Source: Planctomycetaceae bacterium | GTDB lineage: Bacteria > Planctomycetota > Phycisphaerae > Phycisphaerales > SM1A02 | NCBI GenBank assembly: GCA_027490145.1 | Contig: JAIXYQ010000013.1 | Coordinates: forward strand, 79,433-143,432 | Reading direction: 5' to 3' | DNA: 64,000 nt | Part shown: piece by piece, positions 27,062-35,279 of the stretch | Layout: every line of letters begins with the position of its first letter | Numbering within the stretch: position 1 is the first letter of the stretch | The notes under the pieces: generated by a model | Databases searched by the model: none | Told to the model about the DNA's origin: nothing | Seen by the model: only the letters and a program-made list of their open reading frames with translations | Program-made: the position numbers and the translations under genes

Positions 27062-28875
27062 TGACGCTCCCCACCTTCACCGCCGGCGAGGACCTTCGCG
27101 GATGGCTCGACCGGTACGACCGGCTCCAGCTGCTGCGGGTGCTCACCTGCGGCAACGTGGATGACGGCAAGAGCACGCTCATCGGCCGGCTCCTGCACGA
27201 CACCGGCCGCATCTACGAGGATCACCTCAAGGCGCTCGAGGCCGACAGCCGCGTGCATGGCACGACCGGCGGCGGACTCGACCTCGCGCTCGTGGTCGAC
27301 GGGCTCAAGGCCGAACGCGAGCAGGGCATCACGATCGACGTCGCCTGGCGCTACTTCACCACGGCACGCCGTGCGTTCATCATCGCCGACTGCCCGGGCC
27401 ACGAGCAGTACACGCGCAACATGGCCACCGGTGCCAGCCATTGCCAGTTGGCGATCAGCCTGATCGATGCGCGTTCAGGCGTGACCACCCAGACGCGCCG
27501 GCACGCCACGATCGCCGCCATGCTCGGCATCCGCCACGTCGTGGCGGCCGTGAACAAGATGGACCTCGTCGGATGGAGCGAGCCGCGGTTCCGCGAAATC
27601 GAGGCGGAGTTCCAGGGGTTCTGCGCGCGCCTGGGCATCGAGCATGCCGTGGCGCTGCCGGTGAGCGCTCTGACCGGCGAGGGCGTGGTACGCCGATCCG
27701 GTGCGATGCCGTGGTTCAGCGGCCCCGCGCTGCTGGAACTCCTCGAGGGCGTGGAGCTGCCGGGGCCCGGCGACGCCGATCCCTTCCGCATGCCGGTCCA
27801 GGTCGTCCTGCGTCCGAGCCTTGATTTCCGTGGCTTTGCCGGCCAGGTCACCAGCGGCGACGTGCGGGTGGGCGACCGCGTCCGCATCATGCCGCGCGGG
27901 ACCGAGGCGCGCGTGGCGCGGATCGTGCGTCCTGATGCCTTCGGCGGCGACCTCGAACGGGCGCATGCGCCCCAGAGCGTGGTGCTGTGCCTCGACCGCG
28001 AGGTCGACTGCAGCCGCGGTGACGTGATCGCCTGCTTCGGCGGTGCCAGCGACATGCGCGTCGGCCGACGCATCGTGGCGGACCTGGTCTGGATGGTCGA
28101 TGCGCCGCTCGTGGCCGGGCAGAGCCTGCTGTGCAGGGTCGGCACGCGGATCACCCCGGCCCGCGTGCTGCGCGTGATCCATCGGCTGAAGGTCGACACG
28201 CTGGCCCACGAAGCGGCCGAGTCGATGGCCCTGAACGACATCGGTCGCGTGGAACTCGAATGCGAGGAGCCAGTGGCGTTCGATCCGTACCGCGTCTCGC
28301 GAGGGACCGGCGCGATCGTCCTGATCGATCGATTGAGCAACGCGACCGCCGCGGCCGGCATGATCCGGACCGGCGATCCTTCCGAGCGTGGCGCGCACTG
28401 GGATGACCAGGCGCTCGACACGGTCTCTTCGCCCGTCAGCGGCGTGTCGGCCGCAGAGCGCGACGCCCGATGGTCGCAGCGACCGTGCTGCATCCTGCTG
28501 CACGGTCCGCCCAACACCGGCAAGACCGAGTCGGCGTTCGCCCTCGAACGGGCGCTCTGGGACCTCGGTCACGACGCGGTCGTGCTCGATGGCCAGGGCA
28601 TGCGCAGCGGCCTCTCGAAGGACCTGGGCTTCGAATCCGGCGACCGGAGCGAGAACCTGCGCCGCGCGGCCGAGGTCGCGCGGCTGCTCATGGGGCAGGG
28701 GCGCATCGTCATCATGTCGTTCGTCGCGCCGCAGGACGACGTCCGCGAGCGTGCGCGGGCGCTCCTGGGCCCGGACCGCTGCATCTTCGTGCACGCGAGC
28801 GAGGGCTTCGACATCGCGCGCATCGTGATGGAGCTGGCGTCGCGCGGACTGATCGGTCGACGAACCTCCGCCTGA
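27061..28875 (+). CDS. cysN: sulfate adenylyltransferase subunit 1 (GTPase) fused to a divergent APS-kinase-like domain
   Basis: ORF 26902..28875 trimmed to the ATG at 27061 (TGATG overlap with cysD). GTPase motifs GNVDDGKST, DCPGH and NKMD. The C-terminal roughly 140 aa read LHGPPNTGKTE..LDGQGMRSGLSKDLGFESGDRSENLRR. Confidence 0.88.
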   Translation: MTLPTFTAGEDLRGWLDRYDRLQLLRVLTCGNVDDGKSTLIGRLLHDTGRIYEDHLKALEADSRVHGTTGGGLDLALVVDGLKAEREQGITIDVAWRYFTTARRAFIIADCPGHEQYTRNMATGASHCQLAISLIDARSGVTTQTRRHATIAAMLGIRHVVAAVNKMDLVGWSEPRFREIEAEFQGFCARLGIEHAVALPVSALTGEGVVRRSGAMPWFSGPALLELLEGVELPGPGDADPFRMPVQVVLRPSLDFRGFAGQVTSGDVRVGDRVRIMPRGTEARVARIVRPDAFGGDLERAHAPQSVVLCLDREVDCSRGDVIACFGGASDMRVGRRIVADLVWMVDAPLVAGQSLLCRVGTRITPARVLRVIHRLKVDTLAHEAAESMALNDIGRVELECEEPVAFDPYRVSRGTGAIVLIDRLSNATAAAGMIRTGDPSERGAHWDDQALDTVSSPVSGVSAAERDARWSQRPCCILLHGPPNTGKTESAFALERALWDLGHDAVVLDGQGMRSGLSKDLGFESGDRSENLRRAAEVARLLMGQGRIVIMSFVAPQDDVRERARALLGPDRCIFVHASEGFDIARIVMELASRGLIGRRTSA

Positions 28876-28884
28876 GGCCACCGC

Positions 28885-29631
28885 ATGATCGAGCTCGGCT
28901 GCAACATCGACCACGTCGCCACCGTCCGGCAGGCGCGTCGCACCTGGGAACCGTGTCCCGTGCAGGCCGCGCACGAGGCACTCGCCGGCGGTGCGGACCA
29001 CATCACGTTCCACCTGCGTGAGGACCGTCGGCACATCCAGGATCGCGACGTCGAGCGCTTGCGAGCCGAGGTGCCGGCGCGGCTCAACTTCGAGATGGCT
29101 GCGACCGACGAGATGGTCGCGATCGCCCTCCGCATCAAGCCGCAGCTCTGCATGCTCGTGCCCGAGGGGCGGTTCGAGGTCACCACCGAGGGCGGGCTCG
29201 ACGTGGCGGGGCATGAGCCGGCGCTCGCAACGCAGGTCGCACGGCTGCGTGATGCGGGCATCCTCGTGAGCGTCTTCATCGACGCGCTGCCGCACCAGAT
29301 CGATGCCGCGATCCGCATCGGCGCTGGGGTCTGCGAGATCCACACGGGTCCCTACGCGCACGCCTGGCATGATGAGGGAGGTCTCGGCCCCCGCGCCCGC
29401 AGCGAGCTCGATCGGGTGGCCGTGGCCGGTCGCCATGCATGCGATGCCGGACTCCGCTTCAACGCCGGTCACGCGCTCCATTACGAGAACGTCAAGCCGA
29501 TCGCCGCGCTGCCGGGGATCCGCGAGCTCCACATCGGCCACGCGATCGTGAGCCGGGCCGTCTTCACCGGCCTGCGCGAGGCCGTGCGCGAGATGAAGCG
29601 CCTCATGGTCGAGGGCGCGTCGGGTCGTTGA
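28885..29631 (+). CDS. pdxJ: pyridoxine 5'-phosphate synthase
   Basis: 248-aa ORF with [25 protein letters not shown] and ELHIGHAI. Confidence 0.9.
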   Translation: MIELGCNIDHVATVRQARRTWEPCPVQAAHEALAGGADHITFHLREDRRHIQDRDVERLRAEVPARLNFEMAATDEMVAIALRIKPQLCMLVPEGRFEVTTEGGLDVAGHEPALATQVARLRDAGILVSVFIDALPHQIDAAIRIGAGVCEIHTGPYAHAWHDEGGLGPRARSELDRVAVAGRHACDAGLRFNAGHALHYENVKPIAALPGIRELHIGHAIVSRAVFTGLREAVREMKRLMVEGASGR

Positions 29632-29697
29632 GGCAGCAGGGGTCGCCGGCGGGGCAACGGTCGCCGAAGGCCGTTCGTCGCCCGCGTTGACGCCTCG

Positions 29698-29703
29698 TAC
29701 ACT
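29698..29703 (+). promoter_or_regulatory. -10-like TACACT, exactly 6 nt upstream of the dapA ATG
   Basis: TACACT ccgggc ATG. Confidence 0.4.
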
Positions 29704-29709
29704 CCGGGC

Positions 29710-30624
29710 ATGCCACGGATCCTCGGCACCTACACCGCCATCGTCACGCCGTTCTCCTCCACGGATGGTTCGATCGACCTCGCCCGGCTCGAGGAGCACA
29801 TCCGCTTCCAGGCCGCCGGCGGCGTCACCGGCATCGTGCCCTGCGGCACGACCGGCGAGGCGCCCACCCTGCACGAGCGCGAGCAGGCGGCCGTCATCGA
29901 GACCGCGGTGCGCGTCGGCAAGCCGCTGGGCCTGCAGGTCGTGGCGGGCACCGGCAGCAACTCCACCGAGCACGCGATCCATCTGCACCGCTCGGCGCAC
30001 GCGCTCGGCGCGGACCTGTCGCTGCAGGTGGCGCCCTACTACAACAAGCCATCGCAGGAGGGCATCTACCGGCACTTCATGGCCGTCGCGGACAGCTGCA
30101 GCCTGCCGATCATGCTCTACAACATTCCCGGCCGCTGCGGCGTGGCGATCGCGCCGGAGACCGTGGAGCGGCTGGCGCGCCACCCCAACGTCGTGGCGAT
30201 CAAGGAAGCCACCGGCAGCATGGACAGCGCCAGCGAGATCCGCCAGCGTTGCGGCATCACGATCCTCTCCGGCGACGACACACTGACGATCGCGTTCGCG
30301 GCGGTGGGCGCGGTCGGCGTGGTCAGCGTGCTCAGCAACATCGTGCCGGATCGCGTGGCCCGGCTGTGCACGCTCGCGCAATCGAACGACTTCGCCGCGG
30401 CCCGTGCCGAGCATGCCTCGCTCTTCGCGCTTGCGCGCGGCCTGCTCACGATCGACACGAATCCGGCGCCGATCAAGGCCGCCATGCAGGTGCTCGGCCG
30501 CGACAGCGGCGTGCTCCGCCTGCCCATGTGCGCGCTGCCGGCGGCCGGCCTTGCGCGCGTGCGCGACCTGTTGCGTGCGGTCGGCCTGGAGCCCGCGGCG
30601 GACTTCGCCGGGGCGATCCAGTGA
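29710..30624 (+). CDS. dapA: 4-hydroxy-tetrahydrodipicolinate synthase
   Basis: 304-aa ORF with GTTGEAPTL, LYNIPGR and the active-site Lys context VAIKEATG. Confidence 0.9.
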   Translation: MPRILGTYTAIVTPFSSTDGSIDLARLEEHIRFQAAGGVTGIVPCGTTGEAPTLHEREQAAVIETAVRVGKPLGLQVVAGTGSNSTEHAIHLHRSAHALGADLSLQVAPYYNKPSQEGIYRHFMAVADSCSLPIMLYNIPGRCGVAIAPETVERLARHPNVVAIKEATGSMDSASEIRQRCGITILSGDDTLTIAFAAVGAVGVVSVLSNIVPDRVARLCTLAQSNDFAAARAEHASLFALARGLLTIDTNPAPIKAAMQVLGRDSGVLRLPMCALPAAGLARVRDLLRAVGLEPAADFAGAIQ

Positions 30625-31160
30625 ACGACGTCGACCATCCACGCTACGAACCGACCACGCTGCCGTACCGCGTGGCCGTGCTGGTCTACCTCTACGACCA
30701 CGACGGCAGGTTGCTGCTCCTGCACCGCCGCAAGGCGCCCAACGCCGGCCTGCACTCGCCCATCGGTGGGAAGGTCGAGATCAGCCTCGGCGAGAGCCCG
30801 CACGAGTGTGCGCGGCGTGAGGCCATGGAGGAGAGCGGCGTGGTCCTCTCCGACCGTGACCTGCGGCTTGCCGGCATCGTCAACGAGCGTGCGTACCAGG
30901 GCGAGAAGCACTGGCTGATCTTCCTCTTCGAGGCCACGCGTCCCATCGGTCATGACGAGGTGACGGCCTACGAGTTCGACGAGGGAACGCTCGTGTGGGT
31001 GCCCATCGCGGGCGTGGCCTCGGCCGGCATCCCCGAGACGGACCGCACCATCATGTGGCCGAACGTGCAGGCGCACCGCGGCGGCTTCTTCATGGTCGAC
31101 ATCGATTGCTCGGGCGGCGTGATCGAGCACCGTGTGGTCGAGAGCTGGAAGGCGCGATGA
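30621..31160 (+). CDS. NUDIX hydrolase
   Basis: ORF 30249..31160 trimmed to the GTG at 30621 (GTGA overlap with the dapA stop). Nudix box GGKVEISLGESPHECARREAMEESGV. Confidence 0.75.
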   Translation: MNDVDHPRYEPTTLPYRVAVLVYLYDHDGRLLLLHRRKAPNAGLHSPIGGKVEISLGESPHECARREAMEESGVVLSDRDLRLAGIVNERAYQGEKHWLIFLFEATRPIGHDEVTAYEFDEGTLVWVPIAGVASAGIPETDRTIMWPNVQAHRGGFFMVDIDCSGGVIEHRVVESWKAR

Positions 31161-33415
31161 CCGCGGGCCCCGGATCGGCCGGTGATCCACCGCGGGAGCC
31201 GCTGCCGACCGATGCCACGATCGACGCGTCGGAAGGGCAGACCCCGGCGCTGCACGCCGCCGAGACGATCGGCCCGAGCGGTTCGGATCGGCCCACCGTC
31301 GCCGATGCGGACCACGAGCCCTCGACGGGCGCAGGTCGGATGCTGCGGGAGTCCGTCGCGGTGGCGATCCGGGCCGCACGCGAGAAGCCCGGCGAATCGA
31401 TCGGTCCGTACACGCTGATCGAGCTGCTGGGCGAGGGAGGATTCGGTGCGGTCTGGCATGCCGAGCGCCGTGAACCGTACGTGCAGCAGGTGGCGCTGAA
31501 GCTCATCCGCGCGGGCATGGATTCCGAGAGCGTGCTGGTGCGGTTCGAACAGGAGCGCCAGGCGCTTGCGCTGATGGACCACCCGCACATCGCCAAGGTG
31601 CTCGACGGCGGCGTCACGCCGGCGGGCCGGCCGTGGTTCGCCATGGAGTTCGTGAAGGGCGAACCGATCTCGGTCTTCTGCGACCGGCATCACCTCGGCC
31701 TGCACGAACGGCTCGAGCTGTTCCTGCAGGTCTGCGACGCGGTGCAGCACGCCCACATGCGGGGCATCATCCACCGCGACCTCAAGCCCGGCAACATCCT
31801 CGTGAGCCGGGTCGAGGGCGCTGGTCCGGTCGCGAAGGTGATCGACTTCGGCATCGCCAAGGCGCTCTCGGCGCGTCTCTCGGATCACGGCGCGCACACC
31901 GGCATCGGGCAGATGATCGGCACGCCCGAGTACATGAGCCCGGAGCAGGCCGAACCGGATGCCACCGACATCGACACGCGCGCGGATGTCTTCGCGCTCG
32001 GCGTGGTGCTCTACGAACTGCTGGCCGGGACCACGCCGTTCGATCCCACGGCGCTCCGGGCCCAGGGATTCCAGCACATCCAGCGCACGATCCGGGAGGT
32101 CGACCCGCCGTCGCCGAGCGCGCGGCTCACCACGCTCGCGCGCCAGGATCCCGCGGTGCGCGAGCGCATGGAGCGAGCCATGCGCCGACGCATCGATGAA
32201 CTCGCCCGCCAGCTGCGCTCGGAACTCGAGCTCATCCCGCTCAAGGCCATGCGCAAGGATCGCGACGAGCGATACGCGAGCGCCAGCGACCTGGCGCTGG
32301 ACGTGCGCAACTACCTCGGCGGTCGCCCGCTCCTGGCCGTTCCCGAGAGCCGCGCGTATCGGGTCCGCAAGTGGGCCCGGCGCAATCGAGGCTTCGTGGT
32401 GGCCGCGTCCTCGGTGCTGCTGGCGCTCGTGGCCGGCCTCGTCGTCTCGCTCGTGGGATGGCGCGAAGCGGCGCTGCAGCGCGCGCAGGCCGAGCGGCGC
32501 CAACGCGACGCCGAGCGGGTGATGGAGTTCATGACGCAGACGCTCGCGGGCGCGAATCCGATGGATGGCGGCGATGCCGGCGTGTCGCTGGCCGATGCGC
32601 TCGACGATGCCGTGCGCCGGCTCGACGCCGGTGAACTGGCCGGCCATGTCGAGAGCGAAGCTGCGCTCAGGCTCGAGGTGGCGCGCGTGCTGCGGGGGCA
32701 GGGCGAGCCGCAGCGTGCCGCGGCGCTCGCGCGGCAGTCGGCGGACCTCTTCATGGAACTCGAAGGTCCATCGCCGAGCGTGGCGGCGGCGCTGACCGAG
32801 CAGGGGCTGGCGCTCCTGGAGCAGGATGATGCTCCGGCCGCGCTGCCCTTGCTCGAATCCGCGCTGGCGATCAACGAGTCCGAGCTGGGCGCCGGGGACC
32901 CGGGCATCGTGGGGAACCTGTCCAACGTCGCGCTCGTGCACGCTGCGCTCGGCGACGTCGAGCGCGCCATCGCGCTGCATGAGCGGGCGCTCGACATCGC
33001 GATCACCGCCCTTCCCGGACCGCACGAGGTCGTGGCCGCCTGCATGGGCAACCTGGGCGACCTGCTCGCAGCCCAAGGGCGGCTCGACCAGGCCGAGGAC
33101 CTGCTCGCACGGTCGCTCGCGATGCGCGAGTCGCTCCTGGGGACCGCGCACCCTGACGTGGCGGAAGCGCTGAACAACCTCGCCATGGTGCGTTGGGAGC
33201 GAGGTCATCGTGCCGACGCGGATCGGCTCTTCAACCGCGCACTCGTCATCTACGAGCGTTCCTACGGCCCTGCGCATGCGTACACGCTGACGGTGCTCGA
33301 GTCGCTGCGCGACCTCCATCGTGAGTGGGACGCCGCCGAGCCCGGCAGGGGCCACGAGGCGGCCGCGCAGACCTTCGAGCGGCGCTTGGACGAGCCGAGC
33401 CGTTCCGCTCCCTGA
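31157..33415 (+). CDS. Hanks-type Ser/Thr protein kinase with one TM segment and C-terminal TPR repeats
   Basis: ORF 30995..33415 trimmed to the ATG at 31157 (ATGA overlap with the NUDIX stop). Motifs GEGGFGAVW, HRDLKPGNIL, DFGIAK and GTPEYMSPEQ. TM segment FVVAASSVLLALVAGLVVSLVGW. TPR-like repeats NLALVHAALGD, NLGDLLAAQG and NLAMVRWERG. Confidence 0.88.
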   Translation: MTAGPGSAGDPPREPLPTDATIDASEGQTPALHAAETIGPSGSDRPTVADADHEPSTGAGRMLRESVAVAIRAAREKPGESIGPYTLIELLGEGGFGAVWHAERREPYVQQVALKLIRAGMDSESVLVRFEQERQALALMDHPHIAKVLDGGVTPAGRPWFAMEFVKGEPISVFCDRHHLGLHERLELFLQVCDAVQHAHMRGIIHRDLKPGNILVSRVEGAGPVAKVIDFGIAKALSARLSDHGAHTGIGQMIGTPEYMSPEQAEPDATDIDTRADVFALGVVLYELLAGTTPFDPTALRAQGFQHIQRTIREVDPPSPSARLTTLARQDPAVRERMERAMRRRIDELARQLRSELELIPLKAMRKDRDERYASASDLALDVRNYLGGRPLLAVPESRAYRVRKWARRNRGFVVAASSVLLALVAGLVVSLVGWREAALQRAQAERRQRDAERVMEFMTQTLAGANPMDGGDAGVSLADALDDAVRRLDAGELAGHVESEAALRLEVARVLRGQGEPQRAAALARQSADLFMELEGPSPSVAAALTEQGLALLEQDDAPAALPLLESALAINESELGAGDPGIVGNLSNVALVHAALGDVERAIALHERALDIAITALPGPHEVVAACMGNLGDLLAAQGRLDQAEDLLARSLAMRESLLGTAHPDVAEALNNLAMVRWERGHRADADRLFNRALVIYERSYGPAHAYTLTVLESLRDLHREWDAAEPGRGHEAAAQTFERRLDEPSRSAP

Positions 33416-34807
33416 TCACACGCCCGCGGCACGCTGGCAGAGGTCACACAGCTCGTTGGCGCGCGACTCGGTCGCCGCTTCGGCGATCACGCGCACGATC
33501 GGTTCGGTGTTGCTCGCGCGCAGGTGCACCCAACCATCGGCGAAGTCCACCCGGACGCCATCGACGTCGCTGATGCGTTCGGCCGCGAAGGCGGCCCTGA
33601 CCCTGGCCAGTGCGGGGGCGACCGCGGCCATGCCTCCCACCGTGGCCAGCTCCATCTTGCGCTTGATCATGGCATAGCGGGGGAGCGAGTCCACGATCAC
33701 CGAGAGCGGCTTGCCCTCGTGGGCCAGCAGTTCGAGGACGAGCGCCATGGCGCTGAGCGAGTCGCGCACCCAGCAGACCCCGGGCAGGATGACGCCGCCG
33801 TTGCCCTCGCCGCCCAGGATGCCGGCGGCCGGGCGCAGCCCCGCCACCACGTTCGCCTCGCCCACGGCCGTGCGCACGACGCGCGAGCCCGGGAAACGGG
33901 CCGCGACGTCATCGATCATGCGACTCGTGGACAGGTTCGCGGCGAGCACGCCGCCGCCGGTGCGTTGCAGCATGCGCAGTGCCGCCAGCACGAGCGTGCA
34001 CTCCTCGCCGATGAACCGGCCGGTCTCGTCCACGATCGCCAGGCGATCGGCGTCCGGATCCTGCGCGAAGCCGCACGCTGCGCCGGGCGTGGCCCCCGTG
34101 GCGCGCGCCAGGTCCACCAGGTTCTGCACCAGTGGTTCAGGCGTATGCCCGAACACGCCCGTCGGCTCACCGAAGAGGTGGGTCACGCGGCACCCGAGCG
34201 CCTCGAGCAGCATGCGGCCGCCCTCGCAGCCGCTGCCGTTGACGCTGTCCAGGACCACGGCGAACCGGCGGTCGCGGATCGATCCCGCGTCGACCTGCCC
34301 CAGCACACGGTCGCAGTGGACCCGCGCAGAGGACGGATCCTGCGACACGCGTCCGGTCTCGAGCGGACCGCACCAGTCGATGCGCCGCTCCCTGAAGCGA
34401 TCAACGATGTCCTTGGCGATCGCGGGAGGCGGTGCCAGGCCATCGCCGTCGAGGCACTTGATGCCGTTCCACTCGATGGGGTTGTGGCTCGCGGTGATGA
34501 CGAGTCCGCCATCGGCGCGGTGGTGGTTGATCATCACGCCGACGGACGGGGTCATCGCCACGCCCAGGTCGATGACGTCGCAGCCGGTGGCCAGCAGACC
34601 ACCGATGGCCGCTTTCGCCAGCGGCGGCCCGCTGATGCGGCCGTCGAGCCCGACGGCCACGCGAGGCCGGGCGGCGCCGGTCGTCGCACGCAGGAACGAA
34701 CCGAACGCACCCGCGTAGGCCGCGGCGACCTCGGGCGTCATGGTCCTGCCGACGATGCCTCGGGCGCCGCTCACGCTGAGCATCAAGGGGGCTTCGTGCG
34801 CTGTCAT
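33416..34807 (-). CDS. phosphohexomutase (phosphoglucosamine mutase / phosphomannomutase family)
   Basis: ORF 33416..34831 with the start set to the ATG at 34807 (TAGAGT 8 nt upstream). Active-site ITASHNPIEWNGIK, DPDADR and GGEGNGG. Confidence 0.85.
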   Translation of the reverse strand: MTAHEAPLMLSVSGARGIVGRTMTPEVAAAYAGAFGSFLRATTGAARPRVAVGLDGRISGPPLAKAAIGGLLATGCDVIDLGVAMTPSVGVMINHHRADGGLVITASHNPIEWNGIKCLDGDGLAPPPAIAKDIVDRFRERRIDWCGPLETGRVSQDPSSARVHCDRVLGQVDAGSIRDRRFAVVLDSVNGSGCEGGRMLLEALGCRVTHLFGEPTGVFGHTPEPLVQNLVDLARATGATPGAACGFAQDPDADRLAIVDETGRFIGEECTLVLAALRMLQRTGGGVLAANLSTSRMIDDVAARFPGSRVVRTAVGEANVVAGLRPAAGILGGEGNGGVILPGVCWVRDSLSAMALVLELLAHEGKPLSVIVDSLPRYAMIKRKMELATVGGMAAVAPALARVRAAFAAERISDVDGVRVDFADGWVHLRASNTEPIVRVIAEAATESRANELCDLCQRAAGV

Positions 34808-34906
34808 GGCTGCGGACTCTAGCGAACGCATGGCGCCCGCGACGCCGCGCCGACCTCCGGATCCACTCGGGATCCACGCACGCCATCGCTATACTCGCTT
34901 GATTCC

Positions 34907-35278
34907 ATGTTTGAACTGAGCGTCCAGCGGGTGTTCTCGGCAGCCCACGCAATCGTCATGCGCGGCGAGCGCGAACCGCTGCACGGCCACGACTGGAACC
35001 TCGAACTGGTGGTCACGGCGGATCGCCTGGACGACGACGGCCTGCTCTGCGACTTCCACGCCGTGCAGGCGGTCGTCGACGAGGTCATCCGCCCGTTCCA
35101 GAGCGTCAACCTGAACCAGGTACCGCCGTTCGACCACCTGAACCCGACGGCGGAAGTCGTGGCCAGGCACATCGCCGAATCGACAGCCGCACGGCTCCCC
35201 GCCGGGGTGCGCGTGGCGCGCGTGCGATTGACCGAGGCACCCGGCTGCGCCGCCCACTACCACCCGAGGCACGACTGA
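34907..35278 (+). CDS. queD: 6-carboxy-5,6,7,8-tetrahydropterin synthase (PTPS family)
   Basis: 123-aa ORF with the FSAAHAI..LHGHDW zinc/His motif and the size typical of QueD/PTPS. Confidence 0.8.
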   Translation: MFELSVQRVFSAAHAIVMRGEREPLHGHDWNLELVVTADRLDDDGLLCDFHAVQAVVDEVIRPFQSVNLNQVPPFDHLNPTAEVVARHIAESTAARLPAGVRVARVRLTEAPGCAAHYHPRHD

Positions 35279-35279
35279 C

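Noticed and set aside
29687-29692. TTGACG upstream of dapA considered as a -35 box. A similar TTGACG lies upstream of serA at 7726-7731 on the minus strand.
   Set aside because: The spacing to the TACACT box is 5 nt for dapA and 26 nt for serA. Both are incompatible with the 16-18 nt sigma-70 spacer.
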